64,000 nucleotides of DNA, from the NCBI RefSeq assembly GCF_963921235.1, contig NC_086108.1, forward strand, positions 19,282,001 through 19,346,000, given 5' to 3'. Below the pieces are notes generated by a model. That model was not told the DNA's origin. It ran no database searches and was given only the letters and a program-made list of their open reading frames with translations. The translations under genes and the position numbers were made by a program. The stretch is from Mobula hypostoma. Its lineage: Eukaryota. Shown here piece after piece: positions 11,344-24,900 of the stretch. Numbering within the stretch: position 1 is the first letter of the stretch; each line of letters begins with the position of its first letter.

Positions 11344-14300
11344 ATCACTGGACAAGAGAAGCAGAACAACCAAAGTGAAGGGCTGCATAAATGTCACCAG
11401 CTGGATCAATATGGGGAAGTTCATCGGCCCTTCTCAATCAAGAGAGCAAAGGTGTCCCAAAAGAAAAGTTGCACCTCCACCCCAAAAAGGCACAGCACAG
11501 TTATGGGAATGAACAGCAGTAGATGCAGCACAATGAAAAACAACACTGTTATCCTCAACCTTGTTTGTTAAAGCAACTTAACTTCTCTTCACATATACTT
11601 GTTAATCATGGAGATATTTTCTGCATTTTTACACCTGTGAAATTATACATTCTCAAGGAATTTGGTGTCAAAGGAAAATTATCCTCACATTCAGGTTCTG
11701 CATCTGAAAGTAGCATTCCATGTACTTTTGATGTGGCTGCCTCAATTTTACATGTTTAATTACCAATGGATACTTACAATGTCACACAGTAAAAACCCTG
11801 AAGCACAGGTAAATGAAGCAGATGAAATGTTTCTGCTTGAGGAGTGACCTTCGTTCACCTTGCTGTGAAGTACTACTATCAGTCTGCTTCTGAAAATATT
11901 CCTTTCATTTTATCTTGCCTCCTGCCATACCATTCCCTGCCCCCATCACAAAATAGCATCCTTTCGTTCTATTAGTGTTGGATAGTGCCCTAAGCAGTGT
12001 GCAGGTGTGTGCAGGCAATTGAAGCTCATCTTGCAGCTGCAGCTCCAGTTCCTGTATCCCACACAATAACATCACCCAGAAAGAAAGCACAGCAAAATCG
12101 ACATTGGTAATTTCTAAATGGGAATGCCCTTCACTGAGGTCATTATAATATTAGAAGCATCTGGTGGAGCAACGCATTCCTCGGAATCATTCATCCACCA
12201 CTGAATTTTGTGGTACCAGTGATATCTGTGACCTGTTCCAGATGAGATATCAGTATCTACAACCATTGTAGAAAATGGTATTCAACACTGGGCATGAAAA
12301 AATTCAACATCCTCAGTTCTCTCAAGGGTTATAATGCATCTCAGAGACTCAAGTGCAATTGCAAATCAGAAATGCAGTCTTCATCAGAATTAAAACATGC
12401 ACACATAATGGACAAGGAATGACTAGCTTCCTTACCTACTCATGCTGTCTGGGGTATCATGACCAAAAACTTACCCCACAATCAAATCACCCCATCCCTT
12501 CCCTGCAGTCATGTCATCTGCAGGAAACAAAAGATAAAATGAAATCCCTGGGGCCAACACAGCAAAACATCTGAGAAATTCCTCTCTGATCTCCTTACTG
12601 ATCAAACCCAGTCAGCCAGAATTTTGCACTCTAACATAAAACCAGGTACATAAGTCCAACCTCGAGTACTTACAAAAGCAATGTACAAGGTTACCGACAA
12701 AAAAAAGGTCATAAATTTCCAGGAGATTATCTGCGGTTTCTTGAGTGTTGAAGTGGTGACACCATTAATGCAATTAATTGTCATGAGTCACAAAAGCTGC
12801 TGAGGAACCTCTGGGGGCCTTTTTGTATTTATTCCTGCGCTCCACAGTAATCGACTGTGAGTGGTTTACAAATTAATTTTTGTTTGCACCTACTTTATGA
12901 CCAAATAGTATCAACAAAAAGTCAGGGTGTGGTAGTGGTGAGGGATGGAGTGGAGAAGACAGAGACAGTGGGGCTCACAAAAGAATATGCTCTTGCTTCA
13001 CAAAAATCCTCTACCTTAACCATGAAACAGTACTCCTGATTATTCTGAGTCATCCCTAAATTTCACATATGCCATTTCTAATGGAGATTTCTAACCTTGC
13101 AATCTACATTGGATTATGGTCTGATTAAGATGCCCCAGGACACATATACACTCCCAACAAAGCCAGAGTTCATGTCTAAAACCTAATGACTAAAACCTTA
13201 AGGCTCTAGAAGAGAATGCCACAGAGGTGATAGAATAGATTACCAAAGTTGCCAAGATATTTGGATGATCCAAGTAGATTAGAAGAAAGCAAAAATTAAT
13301 TCAATAATCAGGAAAAAGTGTGAAAGAGAAAACTGCAAACTATAGGTTAGTTAACCCATTATGCTTATTAAGCACATGCTAGTCAGGGCAGGAATAGGAT
13401 GATCGTACAGAAGAATGTGTGGCTAAGAACTAGTGCAGGGAGCAGAGTTTCAGATTTCTAGATCATTAGGATCTCTAATGTAGAAAAAGGATGGGTTGCA
13501 CCTGAACCTGAAGGGGAACGATATACTTGCGGATCAGCTAGCTAGAACAGTTGGGGAGGGTTTAAACTAAGTTGATGGGGGAAGGAATTAAAGTGATAGG
13601 ACTGAAGATAGGACAGTTTGTATACGAGTAGGTGCAGTGTGTAGATAGACTGTCAGGAAGGACAGGCAGATGATAGGGCAAAACTGCAGTCAGTAGGAGA
13701 GATGAAGTACAACATGGGGGCAAAATCAATAAGGGTGATGAATACAGCACCTAAGGTGTTATATTTGAATGCGCAATGTATATGGAACAAGGCAGATGAT
13801 CTTGTAAAGCAGTATGACATCGTAGGCATATCTGAGACATGACTGAAAGATCATAGTTGGGAGCGTAATGTCCAAAGATATACTCCTTGTACCTAAAGGA
13901 TAGGCAGGTAGACAGGGGTGGCTCTGTTGGTTAAAAAGTTAAATCAAACCCTTAGAAAGATGTGCCATAGGATTTGAAAATGTAGCATTCTTATGAGTAA
14001 AGTTAAGAAACTATAAGGGTAAAAGGACTATGATGGGAGTTATATACAGATCTCCGAACAGTAGCCAGGACGTGGGATATAAATTTCAGTGGGAAATTGA
14101 AAAGGCATGTAATAAGAGCAATGTTATGATAGTCATGGAGGATTTTAATATGCAAGTAGATTGGGAAAAATCAGATTGGTGCTGAATCCCAGGAGAGGGA
14201 CTTTGTAGAAAGCCTATGAGATGTCTTTTGAGCCCACTAAGGGAAAGGCAATTTTGGATTGGGTGTTATGTAATGAACCAGGTTTGATTTGGGAGCTTAA

Positions 14301-15152
14301 GGTAAAGGAACCCTTAGGAGACAGTGATCAGAATTCACCCTGCAGTTTGAGAGGGAGAAGATAAAGCCAGGAGTAAAGGGAATTACAAAGACCTGAGAGG
14401 AGAGCTAGCCAAAGTTGATTGAGAAAGGGTATTAATAGGGGAGATGGCAGAACCGCAATTGCTGGAGTTTCTGGTGCAATTTGAAAGGCACAGGGTAGAT
14501 ACATCCCAAAGATGAAGAAGTACTCTAAAGGGAGGACGAGATGGGTGACAAGGAAATCAAAAACAGCATAAAAACAATAGGGAGGGCATATAATATAGAG
14601 CAAATATTAGTGGCAAGTTAGAGGATTTGGAACCTTTTAAAAACCAACAGAAGGCAACTAAAAAGCAATAAGGAGAGAAAAGATGAAGTATGAAGGTACG
14701 CTGGGCAATAATACAAAAACATTTTTTCAGATATATTAAAAGAGTAAAAGAGAGGCAAGAGTGGATATCAGACCACAGGAAAGTGGCACTAGAGAGGCAG
14801 TAACGGGGAACAAAGAAATGGCTTTGAACTGAATAAGTATTTTGTGTCATTCTTCACTGTGGAAAATTAGCAGAATGCCAGAAATATGAGAGCGTCGGGG
14901 GGCAGAAGTGAGTGTAGCTGCTTTTACTAAGGAGAAGGTGCTTGGGAAGCTGAAAGGTCTGAAGTAGACAAGTCACCTGGACCAGATGGACTACATGCCA
15001 GAGATCTGAAAGCGGTAGCTGAAGAGATTGTGGAGGTCTTAGTAATTATCTTTCAAGGATCACTGGATTTTGGAATGATTCCAGAGGACTGAAAAATTGC
15101 AACTGTCACTCCATTCTTTAAGAAGGGATGGAAGCAGAAGAAAAGTAATTAT

Positions 15153-15443
15153 ACTCCCCTCTTTTCTTTCTTCCGTGGCCTTCTGTCCTCTCCTATTAGA
15201 TTCCCCCTTCTCCAGCCTTGTATCTCTTTCACCAATCAACTTCCCAGCTCTTTATTTCCCCCTTCCCCTTTATGGTTTTGCCCATCACCCAGTGTTTCTC
15301 CCATCCCTCCTTCCACCTTTTAAATCTACTCATCTTTTTTTTTCCTCCAGTCCTGCTGAAGGGCCTTGGCCCGAAACATCAACTGTATTCTTTCCATTGA
15401 TGCTGCCTGGTCTTCTGAGTTCCTGTAGCATTTTGTATGTGTT
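15153..15443 (+). mobile_element. Penelope-like 3' terminal fragment with decayed hammerhead motif
   Basis: GTCCTGCTGAAGGG..CCCGAAACATCAACT..GATGCTGCCTGG..GCATTTTGTATGTGT, inserted in CR1 with a short ATTATA duplication. Confidence 0.7.
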
Positions 15444-18400
15444 ATTATAGGCCAGTTAGCCTGACTTCAGTGTTTGGGAAGCTGTTGGAGACCATTATTA
15501 GGAATAAGGTTTCAGGTATAGAGGCACATGATATAACAGGCCAAAGTCAGCATGGTTTCCTTAAGGGGAAATCTTGACGGCAACATCTGTTGGAATTCTT
15601 TGAGGAAATAACAAGCAGGGGATGTTGTTTACTTGGATTCTCAGAAGGCCTTTGACAAGGTGCTACACATGAGGCTGCTTAACAAGATAAGAGCCTATGG
15701 TATTACCGGAAAGATACGAGCATGCATAGAACATTGGCTGACTGGCAGGAGGCAAAGAGTCAGAATAAAGTGGGCCTATGCTAGTTGGCTGTAGTGGTGT
15801 TCCATAGGGGTCACTATTGGGACTGCTTCACATTATATGTCAATGATTTATAATGACAGAATTGATGGCTTTGTGGCAAGGTTTTGTGGATGATATGAAG
15901 ATATGTGGAGGGGCAGGAAGTGTTGAGGAAGGAGGGAGGCTGCAGAAGGACTTGCATTAGGATAATGAGCAACGAAGTGGCAGATTGAATATAGTGCAAG
16001 GAAGTGTATGGTCTTGTACTTTGCCAGAAGGAATAGTAGAAACATAGAAAACCTACAGCACAATACAGGCCCTTCGGCCCACAAAGTTGTGCTGAACATG
16101 TCCCTACCTTAGAAATTACTAGGGTTACCTATACCCTCTATTGTTCTAAGCTCCATGTACCTATCCAAAAGTTTCTTAAAAGACCCTATTGTATCCGCCT
16201 CCACCACCGTTGCCGGCAGCCCATTTCACACACTCACAATTCTGTGTGAAAAACATACCCCTGACATCTCCTCTGCACCTACTCCCAAGCACCTTAAACC
16301 TGTGCCCTCTTGTGGCAGCCATTTCAGCCCTGGGAAAAAGCCTCTGACTATCCAGACAATCAATGCCTCTCATCATCGTATACACTTCTATCAGGTCACC
16401 TCTCGTCCTCTGTTGCTCCAAGGAGAAAAGGCTGAGTTCACTCAACCTCTCTTCATAAGGCATGCTCCCCAATCCAGGCAACATCCTTGTAAATCTCCTC
16501 TGCACCCTTTCTATGGCTTCCACATCTTTCCTGTAGTGAGGTGACCAGAACTGAGCACAGTACTCCAAGTGTGGTCTGACGTGGGTACTACATAGCTGCA
16601 ACATTACCTCTCAGCTCCTAAATTCAATTCTATGATTGATGAAGGCCAATGCACCATATGCCTTCTTAACCACAGAGTCAACCTGCGCAGCTGCTTTGAC
16701 CATCCTATGGACTCGGACCCCAAGATCTCTCTGATCCTCCACACTACCAAGAGTCTTAACATTAATACTATATTCTGCCATCATATTTGACCTACCAATT
16801 GAACTACACATATCTGGGTTGAACTCCATCTACCACTTCTCAGCCTAGCTTTGCATCCTATCAATGTCCCGCTGCAACATCTAACAGCCCTCTACACTAT
16901 CCACAACACCCCCAACCTTTGTGTCATCAGCAAACTTAGTAACCCATCCGTCCACTTCCTCATCCGGGTCATTTATAAAAATTACTAAGAGTAAGGGTCC
17001 CAGAACAGATCCCTGAGGCAGACCACTGGTGACCGACCTCCATGCAGAATATGACCCGTCTACAACCACTCTTTGCCTTCTGTGGGCAAGCCAGTTCTGA
17101 ATCCACAAAGCAAAGTCCCCTTGGATCTCATGCCTCCTTACTTTCTCAATAAGCCTTGCATGGGGTACCTTACAAAAAATTCAATCAGGCTCGTAAGGGA
17201 TGACCTGCCCTTGACAAAGCCATGCTGACTATTCCTAATCATATTATACCTCTCCAAATGTTCATAAATTCTGCCTCTCAGGATCTTCTCCATCAATTTA
17301 CCAACCGCTGAAGTAAGACTCACTGGTCTATAATTTCCTGGGCTATCTCTACTCCCTTTCTTGAATAAGGGAACAACATCCGCAACCCTCCAATCCTCCG
17401 GAACCTCTCCCATCCCCATTGATCATAAGACCATAAGACAAAGGAGCAGAAGTCAGCCATTTGGCAGATCGAGTCTGCTCCACCATTTTATCATGAGCTG
17501 ATCCATTCTCTCATTTAGTCCCACACCCCTGCCTTCTCACCATAACCTTTGATGCCCTGGCTACTCAGATACCTATCAATCTCTGCCTTAAATACACCCA
17601 ATGACTTGGACTCCACTGCTGCCCATGGCAACAAACTCCATAGATTCACTACCCTCTGACTAAAAAAATTTCTTCGCATTGCGGTTCTGAATGGGCGCCC
17701 TTCAATCCTTAAGTCATGCCCTCTTGTACTAGACTCCCCCATCATGGGAAACAGCTTTGCCACATCCACACTGTCCATGCCTTTCAACATTCGAAATGTT
17801 TCTATGAGGTCTCCCCTCATTCTTCTAAACTCCAAGGAATACAGTCCAAGAGCGGACAAACGTTCCTCATATGTTAACCTTCTCATTCCTGGAATCATTC
17901 TAGTGAATCTTCTCTGTACCCTCTCCAACGTCAGCACATCCTTTCTTAAGTAAGGAGACCAAAACTGCCCACAGTACTCCAAGTCTCACCAGCGCCTTAT
18001 AGAGCCTCAACATCACATCCATGCTCCTATATGCTATTCCTCTAGAAATGAATGCCAACATTGCATTCGCCTTCTTCACTACTGACTCAACCTGGAGGGC
18101 AACTTTAAGGGTATCCTGTACGAGGACTCCCAAGTCCCGTTGCATCTCCGAACTTTGAATTCTTTCCCCATTTAAATAATAGTCTGCCCGTTTATTTTTT
18201 CTGCCAAAGCGCATAATCATACACTTTCCAACATTGTACTTCATTTGCCACTTCTCTGCCCATTCTTCCAATCTATCCAAGTCTCTCTGCAGACTCTCCC
18301 TTTCCTCTGCACTACCGGCCCCTCCACCTATCTTCATATCGTCAGCAAACTTAGCCACAAAGTCATCTATTTCATAATCCAAATCGTTGATGTACAATGT

Positions 18401-19585
18401 AAAAAGAAGCAGCCCCAACACAGACCCCTGTGGAACACCACTGGTAACTGGCAGCCAACCAGAATAGGATCCCTTTATTCCCACTCTCTGTTTCCTGCCA
18501 ATCAGCCAACGCTCTATCCACATATGTAACTTCCCCGTAATTCCATGGGCTCTTAAGTAAGTAGCCTCATGTGTGGCACCTTGTCAAAGGCCTTCTAAAA
18601 ATCCAAATATACAACATCCACTGCATCTCCCTTGTCTAGCCTACTGGTAATTTCCTCAAAAAATTGTAATAGGTTTGTCAGGCAGGATTTTCCTTTAAGG
18701 AATCCATGCTGAGTTCTGCCTATCTTGTCATATGCCTCCAGGTACTCTGTAACCTCATCCTTGACAATCGACTCCAACAACTTCCCAACCACCGATGTCA
18801 AGCTAACAGGTCTATAATTTCCTTTTTGCTTCCTTGCCCCCTTCTTAAATAGCGGAGTGACATTTGCAATCTTCCAGTCCTCTGGAACCATGCCAGAATC
18901 TATCGACTTTTGAAAGATCATCGCTAATGCCTCCGCAATCTCCACAGCTACTTCCTTCAGAACACGTGGGTGCATTCCATCTGGTCCGGGAGATTTATCT
19001 ACCTTTACACTATTCAGCTTCCTGAGTACTTTCTCTGTCGTAATTGTGACTGCGCACACCTCTCTTCCCTGCCACCCTTGAGTGTCTGGTATACTGCTGA
19101 TGTCTTCCTCAGTGAAGACTGATGCAAAATACTTGTTCAGTTCCTCTGCCATCTCCTTAGCTCCCATTATAATCTCTCCAGCATCATTTTCTATCGGTCC
19201 TATATCTACTCTCACCTGTCTTTTACTCTTTATATACTTGAAAAAGCTTTTAGTATCCTCTTTGATATTATTTGCTAGCTTCCTTTCATAGTTAATCTTT
19301 TCCCTCTTAATGACCTTCTTGGTTTCCTTTTGTAAGGTTTTAAAAACTTCCCAATCCTCTGTCTTCCCACTAATTTTTGCTTCCTTATATGCCCTCTCCT
19401 TTGCTTTAACTTCTCTTGTCAACCACGGTTGCATCCTTTTTCCACTCGAAAATTTCTTCTTTTTTGGAATATACCTGTCTTGCACATTCCTCACTTCTCG
19501 CATAAACTCCAGCCACTGCTGCTCTGCTGTCTTTCCCGCCGGTGTCCCTTTCCAGTCAACTTTGGCCAGTTCCTCTCTCATGCCA

Positions 19586-19796
19586 ACAACAGGAATTCTG
19601 CAGATGCTGGAAATTCAAGCAACACACATCAAAGTTGCTGGTGAACGCAGCAGGCCAGGCAGCATCTATAGGAAGAGGCGCAGTCGACGTTTCAGGCCGA
19701 GACCCTTCGAAGGGTCTCGGCCTGAAACGTCGACTGCGCCTCTTCCTATAGATGCTGCCTGGCCTGCTGCGTTCACCAGCAACTTTGATGTGTGTT
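19586..19796. mobile_element. Penelope-derived fold-back mini-element containing a perfect 176-bp palindrome
   Basis: 19621-19796 is self-complementary with centre TTC|GAA. Flanked by the direct repeat GTTCCTCTCTCATGCCA (19569-19585, 19794-19810). Confidence 0.95.
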
Positions 19797-20714
19797 CCTC
19801 TCTCATGCCACTGTAATTTCCTGTACTCCACTGAAATACCGACACATCAGATTTCGGCTTCTCTTTTTCAAATTTCGCAGTGAACTCAATCATGTTATGA
19901 TCACAGCATCTTAAGGGTTCCTTCACCTCAATCTCTCTAATCACCTCTGGTTCATTACACAATACCCAATCCAGTACAGCCGATCCCCTAGTGGGCTCAA
20001 CAACAAGCTGTTCTAAAAAGCCATCTCGCAGACATTCTACAAATTCTCTCTCTTAAGATCCAGTGCCGACCTGATTTTCCCAATCCACTCACTTGTTAAA
20101 ATACCCCACAATTATCATAACACTGCCCTTCTGACAAGCCTTTTCTATTTCCTGTTGTAATTTGTAGTCCACATCCCTGCAGCTGTTTGGAGGCCTATAA
20201 ATAACTGCCATCAGGGTCCTTTTACCCCTGCTATTTCTTAGCTCAACCCATAAAGATTCTGCATCACCTCTTATATATCATCTATAAGATCCTATATCAC
20301 CTCTTTCTAATGATTTAATATCATTTCTTACCAATAACGCCACGCCTCCGCCTCTGCCTATCTTCTGATACACCGTGTATCCTTGGACGTTCAGCTCCCA
20401 GAGACATGCATCCTTTAGCCACGTCTCAGTGATGGCCACAATATCACACCTGCCAATCTGTAGCTGTACGACAAGATCATCCACCTTATTCCTTATGCTG
20501 CGGGCATTTAAGTATAACACCTTAAGACCAGTATTTGATCATTTTCGCTTTGATTTCACTGTAACTTTATTGCACTGCAACTCATTCCAATGGCTACAAA
20601 TTTGCCCCATCACCTGCCTGTCTTTCTTGACATCTATACTGCTCAATATCTTAGATTTATTTCTGTTTTCTCCTTCCTCCGCTCTGTCATTCCGGTTCCC
20701 ATCCCCCTGCCAAA

Positions 20715-21650
20715 TTAGTTTAAACCCTCCCTAACAGCTCTATTAAACCTTCCCGCCAGGATATTGGTCCCCTTCGGGTTCAGGTGTAACCTGTCCTTTT
20801 TGAACAGGTCATACTTCCCCCAGAAGATATCCCAATTATCCAAGAATCTGAAGCCCTGCCCCCTACACCAGTCTCTCAGCCACGCATTCATCTGCCCGAT
20901 CCTCCTATTCTTGCCCTCGCTAGCACGTGGCACAGGTAGCAATCCCGAGATTACTACCCTGGAGGTCCTGCTTCTCAGCTTCCTTCCTAACTCCTGGAAA
21001 TCTCTCTTCAGTACCTCCTCCCTTGTCCTATCTATGTCATTGGTACCAACATGTACCAAGACAACTGGCTGCTCACCCTCCCCCTTCAGAATATTCAGGA
21101 CCCGATCCGAGACATCCCGTACCCTGGCGCCTGGGAGGCAACACACCATGCGGATATCTCTATCAGGCTCACAGAATCTCCTGTCCGTTCCCCTGACTAT
21201 GGAATCCCCTATGACTACCGCATTTCTCTTCTCCCTCCTCCTCTCCTGCACAACAGCACCAGGCTCAGTGCCAGAGACCCGGTCACCGTGGGCGTCCCCT
21301 GTCAGGTCGTCCCCCTCAACAGCATCCAGAACAAGATACTTGTTGCTGAGGGGGACAGCCACAGTTGTGCTCTCCACTATCCGGGCATTTCCCTTCCCTC
21401 TCTTGACAGTCACCCAGTTTTCTGACCCCTGTAGCCTAGGGATGACTACCTCCCTGTAGCTCCTGTCTATCACCTCTTCACTTTCCCTGATAAGCAGTAG
21501 GTCATCAAGCTGCAGCTCCAGATCCCTAACACGGTCTCTGAGGAGCTGCATCTCGGTGCATCTGGCGCAGATGTGGCCATCAGGGTGGCTGGAGGTCTCC
21601 CAGGATTCCCACATCTGACACCTTGAACAAAGCACTAACCCTGCAGGCAT
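20715..21650 (-). CDS. CR1 ORF1p (zinc finger, coiled coil, SGNH esterase), 311 aa, open
   Basis: CSRC...CARC zinc finger, LRDRVRDLELQLDDL coil, and GDSIVRG / VHVGTND / DRLH SGNH blocks. Confidence 0.9.
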   Translation of the reverse strand: MPAGLVLCSRCQMWESWETSSHPDGHICARCTEMQLLRDRVRDLELQLDDLLLIRESEEVIDRSYREVVIPRLQGSENWVTVKRGKGNARIVESTTVAVPLSNKYLVLDAVEGDDLTGDAHGDRVSGTEPGAVVQERRREKRNAVVIGDSIVRGTDRRFCEPDRDIRMVCCLPGARVRDVSDRVLNILKGEGEQPVVLVHVGTNDIDRTREEVLKRDFQELGRKLRSRTSRVVISGLLPVPRASEGKNRRIGQMNAWLRDWCRGQGFRFLDNWDIFWGKYDLFKKDRLHLNPKGTNILAGRFNRAVREGLN

Positions 21651-24519
21651 GCTATCTAATTCTACAGGAATGAAACAGGAAAAATAAGTCTACTCACCCA
21701 CTTACCTCGCCAAACAAACAAACTTTTTAAACGTTAGCTCGTACCGTTGGCTGTGAGAGCCCTGCTGTTCCTGTCTGTCCAGGCTGATTAGCGAAAGTGG
21801 GGCGGGGGGGAGAAAAAAAAGAGTTGGTGCTTTGCTCTCGCCTCTTCCCGTTTACCGCCGAAGCCCGTTGAAGCCAAAGCCCTACACTCTGCTCTCACTC
21901 ACTCCGCTGCCCGCTCCGACAGCCACCCGCTGTATAGGATGGTCTCCTTTTTAACCTCTCCGCGCTGTCCTGTTGACGTCATGCACCTGCACAGTCTCGT
22001 CCTTCTTGCACTCGAAGTTTAAAAAAAAAACTGCCTTCCTTCAGAATTCAGCTTCCACGACGCTCTGTAGTCCCAATCCAAAACAGATGATGCAAAGTTC
22101 ATCGCCAGAGGCTCAGCAATCTCCTCCCTCACCTTCCACAGTAGCCTGGGGTATATCTCATCCGGTCCCGGCAACTTATCCAACTTGATGCTTTCCAAAA
22201 GCTCCAGCACATCCTCTTTCTTAATATCTACATGCTCAAGCTTTTCAGTCCGCTACAAGTCATCACTACAATCACCAAGATCCTTTTCCATAGTGAATAC
22301 TGAAGTGAAATATTCATTAAGTACCTCTGCTATTTCCTCCGGTTCCATACACACTTTCCCACTGTCACCCTTGATAGGTCACATTCTTTCACGTCTTCTT
22401 ATCCTCTTGCTCTTCACATTCTTGTGGAATGCCTTGGAGTTTTCCTTAATCCTGCCCACCAAGGCCTTCTCATGGCCCTTTCTGGCTCTCCTAATTTCCT
22501 TCTTAAGCTCCTTCCTGTTAGCCTTATAATCTTCTAGATCCTGTACCCTGCCATAACTTCCCTGTCTCATTGGAACATATCTATGCAGAACTCCACACAA
22601 ATATCCCCTGAACATTGGCCACATTTCTTCCGTACCTTTCCCTGAGAACATCTGTTCCCAATTTAAGCTTCCAAGTTCCTGCCTGATAGCCTCATAATTC
22701 CCCTTATTCCAATTAAACGCTTTTCTAACTTGTCTGTTCCTATCTCTCTCCAATGCTATTGTAAAGGAGATAGAATTATGATTACTATCTCCAAAATGCT
22801 CTCCCACTGAGAGATCTGATACCTGACCAGGTTCATTTCCCAATACCAAATCAAGTACAGTCTTTCCTCTTGTAGGCTTATCTACATACTGTGTCAAGAA
22901 ACCTTCCTGAACACACATAACAAACTCCACCCCATCTAAACCCCTCACTCTAGGGAGATGCCAATTGATATTTGGGAAATTAAAATCTCCCACCATGACA
23001 ACTCTGTTATTATTACACCTTTCCAGGATCTGTTTCCCTATCTGCTCCTCGATATTCTTGTTACTATTGGATGGCCTATAAAAAACACCCAATAGAATTA
23101 TTGACCCTTTCCTGTTCCTAACCTCCACCCACAGAGACTCCGCAGACAATCCCTCCATGACGTCCACCTTTTCTGCAGCCATGACACTATCTCTGATCAA
23201 CAGTGCCATGCCCCACCTCTTTTGCCTCCCTCCCTATCCTTTCTGAAACATCTGAAACCCGGCACTTGAAGTAACCATTCCTGTCCCTGAGCCATCCAAG
23301 TCTCTGTAATGGCCACCACATCATAGCTCCAAGTACTGATTCACGCTCTAAGCTCATCCACTTTGCTCACAATACTCTTTGCGTTAAAATAGACACATCT
23401 CAAACCATCGGCCTGAGCACGTCCCTTCTCTATCACCTGCCTATCCTTCCTCTCGCACTGTCTCCAAGCTTTCTCTATTTGTGACCCAACAGCCTCTTCC
23501 TCCGTCTCTTCAGTTCGGTTCCCACCCCCCGACAACAATTCTAGTTTAAACTCTCCCCAGTAGCCTTAGCAATCCTCCCCGCCAGGATATTGGTCCCCCT
23601 GGGATTCAAGTGCAACCTGTCCTTTTTGTACAGGTCACACCTGCCCTAAAAGAGGTCCCAATGATCCAGAAATCTGAATTCCTGCCCCCTGCTCCAAACT
23701 CTCAGGCACGCATTTATTCTCCACCTCTCTCTATTCCTATACTCACTGTCATGTGGCACAGGGGTAGACTATTTTCTAAATGGGAGAAAATGCAAAAACC
23801 AGAGGTGCAAAGGGACTTGGGAGTCTCCAGGCAGAATTCCCTAAAGGTTAACTTGCAGGTTGAGTAAGGAAGGCAAATGCAATGATAGCATTCATTCAAG
23901 AGGACTAGAATATGATATCAAGAATGTAATACTGAGGCTTTAGAAGGCATTGGTCAGACCATATTTGGGGTATTGTGCAGTTTTGGGTCCATTATCTAAG
24001 TAAAGATGTGCTGGCATTGGGGATGCCCCAGAGGAGGTTCACAAGAATGATTCTGGGAATGAAGGGATTAATATATGAGGAACGTTAGATGGCTCTGGGC
24101 CTGTACTCGCTGAAGTTTAGAAGAATGATGGGGCAGGGGTCTCATTGAAACCTGCTGGATATTGGAAGGACTAGATAGGGAGGATGTGGAGAAAATGTTT
24201 CCTGTAGTGGGTTAGTCTAGCAAAGTAGGGCACAGCCTCAGAACAGAGGTACATCCATTTAGAACAGAGACGGAAAAGGAATCTCTTTAGACAAATAGTG
24301 CTGAGTCTGTGGAGTACATTGCTGTGAATTCACATGGTTTTGGAAGCCAAGTCACTGAGTGTATTTGAAGCAGATGTCAACAGGTTCTTTGTTAGTAAGA
24401 GTGTCAAATATTACGGGGGTGGGAAGACAGGAGAATGGGCTTGAGAGGGATAATAAATCAGCCATGATGGAATGGTGAAGCAAGCTCGATGGGCCAAGCG
24501 TTCACTTACAAACCCAGGG

Positions 24520-24900
24520 GAAGCAGCACCCACTCTTTTACCTCATAACTTCTCACTACGCAGGGGCCCAAATATTCCCTCCAGGTGAAGAAGCTAGTCA
24601 TATGCCCTTCTTCCACTGAGGGGCAATCAGCGGTCACAAGTTACTTTATCCATGTCAGAGAAAACAAGCAAAGATGGGTCAACTACAGTGCTGAGTAACT
24701 CTGTGCAGTCTGCAAGTGAGACCTGAGCTTCCAGTCATCTGTTAACTTAATTCTCTATCCCAACCCCACACTGACCCCCAAGTCTGTGGACCTCCAGTAC
24801 CACAATAAATTTCCATACCCAACCGAAGAACACCAACCTGTCTCCCAGCTTGTAATATTACAGCCTTCAAGACTCAAGTTCAGATAATCAGTCGTCTCCA
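24520..24900 (+). mobile_element. Decayed Penelope-like GIY-YIG fragment
   Basis: CAGGGGCCCAAATATTCCCTCCAGGTGA.. aligns by eye to 49362-49390 and the downstream GIY-YIG sequence. Confidence 0.55.

Larger units (their letters stand above)
17424..22085 (-). mobile_element. Near full-length CR1 LINE (third layer)
   Basis: 5' UTR, intact ORF1, ORF2 (EN and RT) broken into 20278..20520, 18595..19581, 17900..18523 and 17515..17982, and a (CATAAGAC) tail. Confidence 0.95.
16037..23761 (-). mobile_element. CR1 (second layer; pieces 16037-17423 and about 22086-23761)
   Basis: RT relics ([12 protein letters not shown]), EN ORF 22379..23209 and the ORF1 3' end. The two pieces join as CCCCATTGAT/GATGCAAAG across the inner CR1. 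Confidence 0.88.
13380..24500 (+). mobile_element. Old CR1 (outer layer; pieces about 13380-16036 and 23762-24500)
   Basis: Degenerate esterase end, EN and RT relics. Sequence before 16037 (..AGAAGGAATAG) resumes at 23762 (GGTAGACTATTTTCTAAATGGG). Confidence 0.85.

Noticed and set aside
19310..21459. Plus-strand ORFs 19310..19816 and 20764..21459
   Set aside because: Antisense shadows of CR1 ORFs and the palindrome.
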